From assembly GCA_016219485.1 (NCBI GenBank), contig JACRMX010000003.1, positions 1 through 49,906 on the forward strand: 49,906 nucleotides of DNA, in the 5' to 3' direction. A program made the position numbers and the translations under genes. Below the pieces are notes generated by a model that was given only the letters and a program-made list of their open reading frames with translations, ran no database searches and had not been told where the DNA came from. Positions 1 to 8,558 of this stretch are shown one piece after another. The DNA comes from Candidatus Aenigmatarchaeota archaeon (GTDB taxonomy: Archaea; Aenigmatarchaeota; Aenigmatarchaeia; GW2011-AR5; JACRMX01). Numbering within the stretch: the stretch's first letter is position 1; each line of letters begins with the position of its first letter.

Positions 1-46
1 TAACTCTGAAGAGTTATGCAGTTTGCAGAACCTAAAGGTTCTGCAA
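1..46. repeat. Partial hairpin-array repeat at the window edge (two short perfect hairpins)
   Basis: The two hairpins are taactc-tgaa-gagtta and tgcagaacc-taaa-ggttctgca. The unit style matches the dispersed hairpin family. Confidence 0.4.
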
Positions 47-67
47 TAAACTAACATGACGTATAAC

Positions 68-685
68 TTAAAAAGGCTTTTCAGCAAGAACCAGCAAATT
101 CCAGAATAGTTCTCTATGGCCGCCAATGAATTTTTCAGATTTTATAATGTTAAAATCTGTTTTTCCCAGCGCGCCTTCCAGCTCCTTCTGCGAAAAAAGA
201 TAATAGTATCTCTCGTAGTCGTTCCATTTTCGTGTAATTTCTTTTCCAGAAATAACTGATGAGCTTCCTCTTTCTATTTGTTTTTTAAACGCATCCTGCT
301 CGCCATCCCAGACTGTTATCAGAACCCTGGCGCCTGGTTTAAGAATACGATAGCATTCATCCAGAACATGTTTCCAACCTGGCGTGCAATGAATGACAGC
401 AACCGCAACTATGTTATCAAATGAATCCTTTTTGAATGGCAGGCAAGACATATCTCCCTGAACAAAAATGCAATTCTGTTTTTTCTTTGCAATCTTCAGC
501 ATTTCTATGGAGAAATCAACTGCAACTATCTTTTTGCCTGGTAAAAAATTTCTGCCAGAACCACAGCCAATATCAAGAATGGCTCCGTTCATTTTTTCTG
601 TTAGTTCAATAACTTCTGGAAACGGTTTTTCCCTGTATTTGCTCCATTCTTCAGCGATATTATCCCAGACATGACGTTGGTCCAT
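68..685 (-). CDS. Class I SAM-dependent methyltransferase
   Basis: 205 aa ORF. Motif I is ILDIGCGSG, followed by the VAVDFS acidic loop and DNIVAVAVIH, which is the typical Rossmann methyltransferase order. Confidence 0.8.
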   Translation of the reverse strand: MDQRHVWDNIAEEWSKYREKPFPEVIELTEKMNGAILDIGCGSGRNFLPGKKIVAVDFSIEMLKIAKKKQNCIFVQGDMSCLPFKKDSFDNIVAVAVIHCTPGWKHVLDECYRILKPGARVLITVWDGEQDAFKKQIERGSSSVISGKEITRKWNDYERYYYLFSQKELEGALGKTDFNIIKSEKFIGGHRELFWNLLVLAEKPF

Positions 686-783
686 GATAAAGAAAGCTAT
701 GGTAAATATTAATTAGTGATGATTACTGAACGCTGATACAACGCATGAAAAAGATGCTACAAGACTTGATAAGATTTTGCGCT

Positions 784-1020
784 TTAGAGCAGATACTCTA
801 AGTATCGGTATGCATGAATTCTGGGAACCTTTGTATATATTTCTACCTCTGGCTCGCTGCCATTACGATGAATTCGCACATAGAAATGGAGTCCCTTTCC
901 ATTCAGGCCAAGAGCTGTGTGTCTTCCTGCTTCCTGGACGTCTCCGAATTTTCTATATTCGCTCAATGACATTGTGCCTATTGTTATTTCTATTTTTTCA
1001 CTCATAAAAATTCCCCGCAT
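784..1020 (-). CDS. Hypothetical small protein
   Basis: 78 aa ORF with no motif I recognise. It looks more protein-like than the overlapping plus-strand ORF. The start may instead be the internal MSEK. Confidence 0.3.
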   Translation of the reverse strand: MRGIFMSEKIEITIGTMSLSEYRKFGDVQEAGRHTALGLNGKGLHFYVRIHRNGSEPEVEIYTKVPRIHAYRYLEYLL

Positions 1021-1155
1021 AAAGTAGATGCAAATCTATTTAAAGATTTCCTGTCTGACATCCCAGAAGCCGAATCCTGTTCACTCATCTTATTCTCATT
1101 CTTTCTGCTGTTTTTCGCCAGCCTTTTAATCACAAATTATATAGAAAAGGCTGTA

Positions 1156-1425
1156 TGCTCCCACCGGGAATTTCACAGCCTGACGCTGATAGCGCGTCAC
1201 CCCAAGCCAATTGACGAGCAGAGCTCGTCTGTTTTCTCTTTCCCAGGGGTTTCTTTCTTGCTAAGAAAGAAAGGCCTTTTGAACCCGAGTCTTCGGCTCG
1301 AGAGGCCGACATCCTTGACCGGATTTTCCAACCCCTTTAATATGTGCTTTGAAAAAGCCTTCTGTTTCTTTTGAACCCAGGGGCCTTTTCTTTTCAAAGA
1401 AAAGGGGCCTCTAGACTATGGGAGC
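1156..1425 (-). tRNA. tRNA-Glu(CUC) interrupted by two long introns (D-loop about 87 nt, T-loop about 108 nt)
   Basis: On the minus strand three exons assemble into a clean 75-nt cloverleaf. Exon 1425-1411 is GCTCCCATAGTCTAG. Exon 1323-1278 is TCCGGTCAAGGATGTCGGCCTCTCGAGCCGAAGACTCGGGTTCAAA. Exon 1169-1156 is TCCCGGTGGGAGCA. The acceptor stem is GCTCCCA/TGGGAGC. The anticodon stem is TCGGC/GCCGA with loop CTCTCGA (anticodon at 1302-1300). The T arm is TCGGG-TTCAAAT-CCCGG. Confidence 0.75.
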
Positions 1426-1459
1426 ATTTCTTCACACTAAGAAAATAATAGCAATGCTT

Positions 1460-2077
1460 TTAATGCTTTTCGCAGTCTTCGGCAAGCGGACATTCTTTGC
1501 AAACAGGCTTTTTCATGCAGTGTTTTTTTGCAAGCTCCACAAACCCTGCATGGAATTTTTTGTATACGGATACATTTTTTTCAACAGATGATTCCAGCAG
1601 ATGCCTTATTTCTTCATAGCCTTCATTGCCTTTTAGTTTTCCCATTCGCTGCAATACCCTTCTTGTATACGCATCAACAGGCATGTATGGTTTGCCGTAT
1701 ACGTAAAGCAGAATAGAATCCGCTGTTTCTGGTCCAATGCCTTTTATTGCAAGCAGCTTTTCTCTGTCTGGATTTTTATTCTCTATGAAAAATTCGGCAA
1801 GCAGTTTAAGCCGCTCTGCTTTCTGTTTGTAAAATCCAGCAGGCTGTATGAGCTTTTCAAGCCTATTATCAGCCAAAGCAGCAACAGATCTTGCATCCTT
1901 TATTCCTGCTGCTGCAAGGTTGTCCAGAGCCTTTTCCACGTTTTTCCAGTTTGTGTTTTGCGTAAGTATGGCGCCGACACAAACCTCCCATTCCTTCGGC
2001 TTAAAGTTTCTCGTCATTGGCCACCAACCGTGCAGGTCAGAAAAATAGCTGACTAGTTCTTTGTAGATTTTTTGCAT
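1460..2077 (-). CDS. Endonuclease III-like HhH-GPD DNA glycosylase family protein with a C-terminal Fe-S cluster
   Basis: Carries ILTQNTNW, the HhH segment LLAIKGIGPETAD, and the C-terminal pattern CMKKPVCKECPLAEDC (CX6CX2CX5C). The start was moved to ATG 2077 (MQKIY). Confidence 0.75.
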   Translation of the reverse strand: MQKIYKELVSYFSDLHGWWPMTRNFKPKEWEVCVGAILTQNTNWKNVEKALDNLAAAGIKDARSVAALADNRLEKLIQPAGFYKQKAERLKLLAEFFIENKNPDREKLLAIKGIGPETADSILLYVYGKPYMPVDAYTRRVLQRMGKLKGNEGYEEIRHLLESSVEKNVSVYKKFHAGFVELAKKHCMKKPVCKECPLAEDCEKH

Positions 2078-2166
2078 GATAAATATCCCCACTGGAAATT
2101 TTTCTTTGGGGTAAACCCTAGACCTTTCTTTTGTTCTCAAACCAACGAAAAGAAAGGGATTGGGAA

Positions 2167-2358
2167 CGGGCGCGGAGGGATTTGAACCCCCGACCTTCTG
2201 GTCCGAAGCATCGTCCCCTAACTTTTTAGTTTTTGATCAAACTTTTTCCTAAAAAGTTTGAGCCAGACGCTCTTTTTGTCAGCCTTCTCTCTTTTTAGAG
2301 ATAATTTTATTTTTTTCTCTTTTTCCCCAAGGGCTTATCCAAGCTAAGCTACGCGCCC
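2167..2358 (-). tRNA. tRNA, probably Arg(UCG), with about 118 nt of intervening sequence in the anticodon-stem region
   Basis: The 5' part is GGGCGCG-TA-GCTT-AGCTTGGAT-AAGC and the D arm is intact. The 3' part is CTTCGGA-CCAGA-AGGTC-GGGGG-TTCAAAT-CCCTC-CGCGCCC-G. The anticodon loop CTTCGGA would place the anticodon UCG at 2206-2204. The 5' anticodon-stem strand is either CTTGG (adjacent, one intron at 2326-2209) or TCTGG (2267-2263, two introns). The isotype call is tentative. Confidence 0.6.
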
Positions 2359-2466
2359 AATTTTCTTCTGAAATTGTGCGGCAGTTCTGTTTAGTAAAAC
2401 AGAACTACGCGCCCAGGAATAAATGCGCTCAAACAAACTTAAAAGCATATTTTCATATTTATTTCT

Positions 2467-3528
2467 ATGGATATAATGAAGGTGCTGAAAGACATGTCCC
2501 CTGAAATTGACAGGGCAATAGAAAAATATATTCCAAGAAAGTATGACAAAAAGCGTCTGGAGTTTGCACTAGGCAAGCCTTCTTATAAATATAATATGGA
2601 TGCGCCAAACAAAGCAGTGGCTAAACCTATATGGAATTTGCTGGACAGGGGCGGCAAACGCTGGAGGCCTTGCCTGATGATGTTTGTATGCGAAGCGTTT
2701 TCCGGAGAATGGAAAAGGTTTGTGGATTTCGCAGTAATACCAGAAGTCATACACAATGGCACGCTTCTTGTCGATGATATTGAGGACGGAAGCGAGCTGA
2801 GAAGGGGCAAGCCCTGTGTGCATAAAATATTCGGCGAGGATGTTGCAATCAATGCAGGCAATGCGATGTACTTTCTTCCGCTGCTCGTGCTTATGAAAAA
2901 CAGAAGCAGGCTGGATAAAGACCGCATTATAAGAGCTTACGAGATTTACACGCAGGAGATGATAAACATTTCATTCGGCCAGGCAATGGACATTGCATGG
3001 CATAAAGGCATTGCAAACGCAGACAGCATAACTGAGGAAGAGTATCTGCAGATGTGCGCATACAAGACAGGAACGCTTGCACGAATGGCTGCAAAGCTCG
3101 GTGCGCTGATAAGTGGTGCTGATGAAGATGCAATGGAAAAAATAGGCAGGCTTGCAGAAAGCATAGGCGTGGCTTTTCAGATACAGGACGACATACTTAA
3201 CATTGCACCTTCAGAAGGCTGGGGAAAGGAAACAGGCGAGGATATAACAGAAGGCAAAAGAACGCTGCTTGTTATTCATACGCTAAAAAAGGCAGGAAAA
3301 GACAAAAAAAGACTGCTGAAAATTCTCACTATGCATACAAAAGACAAAAAAACAATAGAAGAGGCGATATCGCTAATAAAGAAACACGGTTCAATTGATT
3401 ATGCGACAGTTGCTGCAAAGAAAATCGTTACAGAGGCATGGAAGGATGCAAACGCAGTTCTGCCTGAAGGCCGGGCAAAGGATAAAATCAAAGCATTGGC
3501 TGATTTTTCCATTGAACGCGAAGTTTGA
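2467..3528 (+). CDS. Geranylgeranyl diphosphate synthase (trans-polyprenyl synthetase)
   Basis: The first Asp-rich motif is LLVDDIEDGSELRRG and the second is FQIQDDILN. The length of 353 aa is typical. Confidence 0.9.
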   Translation: MDIMKVLKDMSPEIDRAIEKYIPRKYDKKRLEFALGKPSYKYNMDAPNKAVAKPIWNLLDRGGKRWRPCLMMFVCEAFSGEWKRFVDFAVIPEVIHNGTLLVDDIEDGSELRRGKPCVHKIFGEDVAINAGNAMYFLPLLVLMKNRSRLDKDRIIRAYEIYTQEMINISFGQAMDIAWHKGIANADSITEEEYLQMCAYKTGTLARMAAKLGALISGADEDAMEKIGRLAESIGVAFQIQDDILNIAPSEGWGKETGEDITEGKRTLLVIHTLKKAGKDKKRLLKILTMHTKDKKTIEEAISLIKKHGSIDYATVAAKKIVTEAWKDANAVLPEGRAKDKIKALADFSIEREV

Positions 3529-3563
3529 ATTTTTATATATAAATGTAAAAAGAAAGTTTAATT

Positions 3564-4829
3564 ATGAAAGGCATCACACAAGCCTTTTTCTCCCGAGAAA
3601 AACGAAAACGAAGAGACGCATTGAAAATGCGTCAATCGGCTGGAAAAAGAGGGAATAGAATCTATTATTCAGGAAAACAAAAAGGCATCACGCCAGTTAT
3701 CGCTATTGTTCTTCTTTTGATGATTACCATAGCCATCGTAGGGTTTTCCTTTACGTTCCTCTCTGGCATGTTCCAAACCACGACTGAGACTACAGGAAAG
3801 CAGATTGCACACCAGCTTGGCGCCATGTCATCGTGCATGCAGATTGATTCAATCTATGGAAACAATGTTTACATAAGAAACTGCGGTTCAGGCTCGCTGT
3901 ACAATTTCAGCGTTTACGTTGATGGTAAAAATATAGCAGTGCAAAATCCTAGCCTAGTTATAGGAGAAAATGGAATAGGCAAAATTATATTATCAGAAGG
4001 CTTCGCCGGCGAAAAAATTAAGGTCAGCTCATCCTCAGCCAGCATTGAACAAAAAGCGCCAGCCATATCTGTCTATATCTCAGAAGGTGAGAATGAAAAA
4101 TTCTCAAATGGCGGGCGTTGTTCGCCTGACCTGTATGTGCTAGAAAACAAAAAGGTGAGGTTTTTTGTTGCATTGCCACCCATTCATGCTGGTGATTGCT
4201 CTTCGGGTTCCTACCCTGAGTTTTCAGGAACTCCCATGCGCATATGGACAAAAAATTCTGACTCACCGAGCTACAGGAAAGACAGTACTGTTATAGACGA
4301 TACTCTCCTTATGATACCATCAACAGTAATCAACAACAGGAATAATTTTTATGCAATCGAAAACGGACTTGAAATACAATTCAATCAGCAGGGCAATATA
4401 AAGCCAAAAGCAAGGTACACGATGTCAGAGAATTCCAACTATGTTAAAGTCGAGCTCAGGGCAGAAAACGTAGGCACATCAGCAGCAACTGTGAGACTAT
4501 ACTGGTACGGTGATCAGGATGGCGCAGGAACATGCCATTTCCAGTCTGGATTGCAGGGTAGTTGTAGTACAGCCGATCTTGGATTAAACCATGGCGAAAA
4601 ATGGCTTGCAGAGTGGACAGCAAAAAATGACATAATGGGATATATTGTCCAGACTGGTGAAGTTGAAATTTACGCCAACTATGAGAGCGTTAGAGTTGAA
4701 GAGACATCTTCAACAACTCTGCAGCCAGGAGAAACGCATACGTTTGTTTTCTACATAGTGTCTGACTTTAAAGGGCCTGCTGGCAACGAATGGAAACCTA
4801 TACAGGACACGTATAATAATTTAATTTAA
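3564..4829 (+). CDS. Archaeal type IV pilin-like protein with a large C-terminal domain
   Basis: A class III signal-peptide-like N-terminus (KQKG-ITPVIAIVLLLMITIAIVGFSF, Pilin_N style) is followed by about 350 aa of Ser/Gly/Asn-rich extracellular sequence. The true start is possibly the internal MRQSAG. Confidence 0.65.
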   Translation: MKGITQAFFSREKRKRRDALKMRQSAGKRGNRIYYSGKQKGITPVIAIVLLLMITIAIVGFSFTFLSGMFQTTTETTGKQIAHQLGAMSSCMQIDSIYGNNVYIRNCGSGSLYNFSVYVDGKNIAVQNPSLVIGENGIGKIILSEGFAGEKIKVSSSSASIEQKAPAISVYISEGENEKFSNGGRCSPDLYVLENKKVRFFVALPPIHAGDCSSGSYPEFSGTPMRIWTKNSDSPSYRKDSTVIDDTLLMIPSTVINNRNNFYAIENGLEIQFNQQGNIKPKARYTMSENSNYVKVELRAENVGTSAATVRLYWYGDQDGAGTCHFQSGLQGSCSTADLGLNHGEKWLAEWTAKNDIMGYIVQTGEVEIYANYESVRVEETSSTTLQPGETHTFVFYIVSDFKGPAGNEWKPIQDTYNNLI

Positions 4830-4857
4830 AAATCTATTATTTTTAAATGTGAACTAC

Positions 4858-4930
4858 CCGCCACTACATTGGAAAAAACAAAGTTTTTTCCATGCATAGA
4901 AAAGCTTTGCTTTTCTATGAAGTGGTGGCA
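4858..4930. repeat. Two-hairpin member of the dispersed hairpin family, enclosed by an outer stem
   Basis: Sequence layout is gccactaCATTGGAAAAAACaaaGTTTTTTCCATGCATAGAAAAGCtttGCTTTTCTATGaagtggtggc. A 33-nt stretch is identical to the reverse complement of 9607-9639. Confidence 0.8.
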
Positions 4931-4940
4931 TCAAAGCCTG

Positions 4941-5624
4941 TCAGAATTCTATCAGCTTTTTCTGCTCTTTTTCCGCCTTTATTGTCCTGGCAGTTATCCA
5001 GCTTGAGCGCACAAAGTCAGGAAACGAGCCATTGCTGCTAAACCATTCTCTTAGAAATTTTATTGTTGCCGGGTCTGATGAATAGCCTGTGCCACGAAAG
5101 CCGTAGCGCTGGCGAAGCCTTTCTATCTCCTTGTCTCTGTTTACTTTTGCTATCACAGAGGCTGCAGAAACAGGCGGGTGATTCTTGTCTGCAAAGTTCT
5201 CGCAGATGATTTTGCAGTCAAAGCCAAGCCCTGTTTTTATTTTCCTGTGAAAACCGTCAACATTGGCTTCTATGGCGTCTATAATTACCATGTCAGGCTC
5301 TGTGATTTTTATGATAGCCTTCATGGTTTCTATTTCTATGCGGTTAAGATTGGTCTTTGTCCTCAGTCTATCTATATCCTGCGCAGAAATCGATGAAAGA
5401 CTGACATCAAGCGCAAGCTTTTCAAGCTCTGGTAAAATGGATTCGCGCTGCTTTGCTGTCATCATTTTTGAGTCCCGGACGCCTGTTTTTCTGAGATGTC
5501 TTATGTTTTTTTCTTCTATTACATAGCCGCACATCACAAGCGGACCGACAACAGGGCCTAACGGCGATTCATGAGTTCTTGCTCATAAATCTCTACCGGC
5601 CTCATCGATCCCTAAAATCTTCAA
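4941..5624 (-). CDS. rnhB: Ribonuclease HII, interrupted by a 33-nt intervening sequence that contains an in-frame TGA
   Basis: The ORF track starts at 5537 (MMCGYV...). The same frame extends upstream to TTG 5624 and encodes KILGIDEAGR. Deleting 5559-5591 gives GIDEAGRGPVVGPLV, the canonical RNase HII N-terminal catalytic motif. The C-terminal part has SAASVIAKV and GSGYxSDP-like motifs. Confidence 0.85.
5559..5591 (-). other. Candidate BHB-bounded mini-intron (33 nt) in rnhB
   Basis: Contains the only stop codon (TGA 5583-5585). Forms a 10-bp hairpin GAUUUAUGAG-CAAGAA-CUCAUGAAUC. The flanks can form the helix CGGU/GCCG, with AGA and UUA bulges exactly 33 nt apart and an outer GGCC/GGCC pairing. 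Confidence 0.6.
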
Positions 5625-5631
5625 ATACCGG

Positions 5632-5639
5632 TCACCTCC
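5632..5639 (-). promoter_or_regulatory. Shine-Dalgarno-like GGAGGTGA upstream of rnhB exon 1
   Basis: GGAGGTGA lies 7 nt upstream of TTG 5624. Similar GGAGG or GAGGTG elements precede ftsZ, gatB and several pilin genes in this window. Confidence 0.5.
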
Positions 5640-5756
5640 TTCCACAACGATTGCAGGCCATTTTTTATTTTCTTAAAAATAATGCCAGGAATCTCATCCT
5701 CTACCACATGATGCAAAAATAGACAGAACTATAGCTCCAAAGAATATAAAATAAAA

Positions 5757-6149
5757 TTAACAAGTTTCTGTTACTTTGTTTGCCAGCCCTGTTACCTTTA
5801 TGCTATCGCCAGTTGCACAGAACGATGTTTTGGTGCAGCTTGCTATTCCGCCTGCTGCTATTGTTGCAGAGCTCCATGTACAGTTTGAAAGAACACTATT
5901 TACATAAACAACGAGTATGCTGGTATTAAGCGAAGCTGAGCCTGTATTCCTTACTGCAACGCCGCCTGCATAGACATTGTCTATGGATATCGTGCTTGCA
6001 AGCGCGCCTGTCTGGCTCTGGGTCTGCTCCTCTGTCTTCTCTGTAGCTATTCCAAGAATCTTCTGGAAGAAGCCGAATACAAATCCGACGATGGCAACTG
6101 TTATCAGCAACAAAAGCACTACTGCCACCACTGGAGTGATTCCTTTCAT
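5757..6149 (-). CDS. Archaeal type IV pilin-like protein (130 aa)
   Basis: The N-terminus MKG-ITPVVAVVLLLLITVAIVGFVFG is nearly identical in style to the 3564 gene. The C-terminal domain is small and Ser/Thr-rich. Confidence 0.7.
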   Translation of the reverse strand: MKGITPVVAVVLLLLITVAIVGFVFGFFQKILGIATEKTEEQTQSQTGALASTISIDNVYAGGVAVRNTGSASLNTSILVVYVNSVLSNCTWSSATIAAGGIASCTKTSFCATGDSIKVTGLANKVTETC

Positions 6150-6183
6150 GTAAATAAATATGCAACAGCTGCTTATAAAGGTT

Positions 6184-6822
6184 TCAGCGGATGCTTAGCA
6201 CAAACTTCCAGATATATGGAATCAGAAGCAATATCAGTAGCATTGACACGATAAGCAGCATCCCTCTTTTCCATCCTTCCCTTTTAAAGCCAAAAGCAAG
6301 GCCTATGAAAAGCCCGCCAAAATGCGCAGCATAGGATATGTTACCGGTTCCCTGGATAAACCCTATGGCATTATAAAGCGAATACATTACCCCAAGCAGC
6401 GCCAAAGGCACGGGTATGAAAAACGGGTAAAGGGAAAGGTCAAAGGGCCTGACTATCATGCCTAGCCCTACCAGCGCGAAAATGCCTGCACTTGCTCCTA
6501 TTGCAACTGTTTCAGAAGAATAAAAAAACAGCGATACGAAATCTCCAAAAAATGCGCCAGTGAAAAACAGCGCCAGCATCTTCAGCATGCCAAGCTCTGA
6601 TTCCACAGCAGCGCCAAAGAAGAACAGCACAAGTATATTTGACAGCAGATGCTCCAGCGAACCATGCAAAAATATGGAAGTCAGGAGTATCCACGGCCGT
6701 GTGGCAACAGCCTCACCGGAAAAACCATACTCCCCGAAGAACTGACTGTAGTCGGAAACGAAAAATACGGTGTAGACAAAGCCTGCTATGCACAAAAAAA
6801 TAAGAAAAAGCGTAAGCCTCAT
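6184..6822 (-). CDS. Rhomboid family intramembrane serine protease
   Basis: Polytopic membrane protein with HGSLEHLLSN, the catalytic GASAGIFALVG motif (GxSxG) and a downstream AHFGG histidine. The start was set to MRLTLF (6822). The ORF track extends to 7008. Confidence 0.75.
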   Translation of the reverse strand: MRLTLFLIFLCIAGFVYTVFFVSDYSQFFGEYGFSGEAVATRPWILLTSIFLHGSLEHLLSNILVLFFFGAAVESELGMLKMLALFFTGAFFGDFVSLFFYSSETVAIGASAGIFALVGLGMIVRPFDLSLYPFFIPVPLALLGVMYSLYNAIGFIQGTGNISYAAHFGGLFIGLAFGFKREGWKRGMLLIVSMLLILLLIPYIWKFVLSIR

Positions 6823-7272
6823 GCTGTTTCCTTTATCATAGGCTGGATAAAAAGATTTTATAGAAAAAACATATGGCGTTGCATCAGTACTCTGCATCTG
6901 CAAACATTGTTTTTGGATAAATTTGGCTATCCACACGAGAATAAATGTTCCCAATGGCACCAGTGAGCTCTTTTGAGCCAACTGCGCATAAATAACTATA
7001 CTATTCAAAATATATTAGATAAAATAGAAATGCTTTTTAAACGGTTACGTGATTAGTTTATATTCAAAAATTCAAAAATTTGCTTTTTTCCCTTGGACAA
7101 GGAAAATCGCATAGAACGCGAATGGACTTTGAACGAGAACTAGACAACTTCTATTTGATGGACTGGACTTTTGGACTAAAGGAGCATTGTTGCCTTATAT
7201 TTAAAGGCTTTTCGATGCTTAAAAGGATATTTTCGGAGATATATGTTTCCGGGAAACAAAGGAGGGGGTTAG

Positions 7273-8325
7273 ATGAATGAACTTAAATTTGACAACGTGA
7301 ACGGTGAGTTCGATGCCCACAAAGCGCGAATTCTCGTTCTAGGAGCAGGAGGAGCAGGTTGTAACACCGTTACGAGGCTCAGCGAAATAGGAATATGCGG
7401 CGCAAACATAATTGCCTTCAATACAGATGCAAAACACCTTTCAATCACCAAAGCTGAAAAGAAGATACTTATCGGAAAGGACCTGACAAGAGGCTTGGGA
7501 GCAGGTGGTTATCCTGAAATAGGCAAAAACGCTGCGTTGGAAAGCAAATCGGAGATCAAAGAAATTCTGAAGAATGTGGACCTGGTATTTATCACGTGCG
7601 GTCTTGGTGGCGGTACTGGTACAGGTGCTGCACCTGTGGTAGCAAAGGTTGCGAAGGAAGAGGGCGCAATAGTAATCGGAGCTGTTACACTGCCTTTCAA
7701 GCTTGAGGGAGCGAGAATCGTAAAAGCAGAAGAAGGTCTGGCACGATTAAGGGAAGTCAGCGACACGGTAATAGTAATAGAAAACCAGAAACTCTTGAAA
7801 TTCGCTGGTGAGATGCCGCTGAAAAAAGCCTTTGAAGTAGCAGACGACCTGATAGCCACGATGATAAAGGGCATAACAGAAACCATCAGTGAACCATCGC
7901 TTGTTAACCTTGACTATGCAGACGTAAGGGCTGTTATGAAATCAGGCGGTGTTGCAGCAATTGGCGTTGGCTACGCAGAATCACAGCACAGGGCACAGGA
8001 AGCAGTAGCAAAAGCTTTGAACCATCCATTGCTGGAAGTAGACTACGCAGGCGCAAAAGGAGCCCTTATCCAGGTTATAGGCGGAGAGGACATGAAGCTG
8101 GATGAGATTGGTGTAATAGGAGAAACTGTCTGCAAGGAACTTGACCCAGAATCCCAGGTAATATGGGGCGCTAGAGTGATACCTAAATTCGAAGGCATAC
8201 AGGTCATCACCATTGTAACAGGCGTAAAGAGCCCATACATACTCGGGCCTGTGCAGATGGAAGAGGTTGAAAGAGCTTCAGAAAGCAGGGTTTCCAGGGA
8301 ACTGGGAATCGAGATCATAAGATAG
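7273..8325 (+). CDS. ftsZ: Cell division GTPase FtsZ
   Basis: Has the tubulin signature GGGTGTGAAPVVA, VLGAGGAGCN, NTDAKHL, and the T7 region NLDYADV. GGAGGGGG lies 5 nt upstream of the ATG. Confidence 0.95.
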   Translation: MNELKFDNVNGEFDAHKARILVLGAGGAGCNTVTRLSEIGICGANIIAFNTDAKHLSITKAEKKILIGKDLTRGLGAGGYPEIGKNAALESKSEIKEILKNVDLVFITCGLGGGTGTGAAPVVAKVAKEEGAIVIGAVTLPFKLEGARIVKAEEGLARLREVSDTVIVIENQKLLKFAGEMPLKKAFEVADDLIATMIKGITETISEPSLVNLDYADVRAVMKSGGVAAIGVGYAESQHRAQEAVAKALNHPLLEVDYAGAKGALIQVIGGEDMKLDEIGVIGETVCKELDPESQVIWGARVIPKFEGIQVITIVTGVKSPYILGPVQMEEVERASESRVSRELGIEIIR

Positions 8326-8558
8326 AACAGTAAATCAGTGGGCTCTGCCCACTGTCGGTATGCAAGAAGCATACCGTTATGCTGACACGGGAAAATATGA
8401 CATCAATACGGTATCATATTGGTTAAAAAGGAAGCACCACACCTCCTTTTTTTAACCACACCCCAATCAAATCGGCAGCTGAAACCAGATGATGATCAGG
8501 GCAGATGCTCATCCTGCCCTCATTGATCTAATTTTGGCTGCCGCATTTTTCTTTTTTA

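Noticed and set aside
1130-1397. ORFs 1130-1312 and 1197-1397 (minus strand) in the six-frame track.
   Set aside because: They lie entirely inside the intron-containing tRNA-Glu gene reconstructed at 1156-1425. Their composition is low-complexity, and there is no start context.
5583-5585. The TGA codons in rnhB (5583-5585) and tyrS (40156-40158) could be recoded sense codons (Sec, Trp or Gly) rather than stops.
   Set aside because: TGA terminates several genes in this window at homolog-consistent positions (GGPPS 3526-3528, gatA 12996-12998, pilus ATPase 17286-17288). Read-through would also insert 10-11 residues inside invariant active-site motifs.
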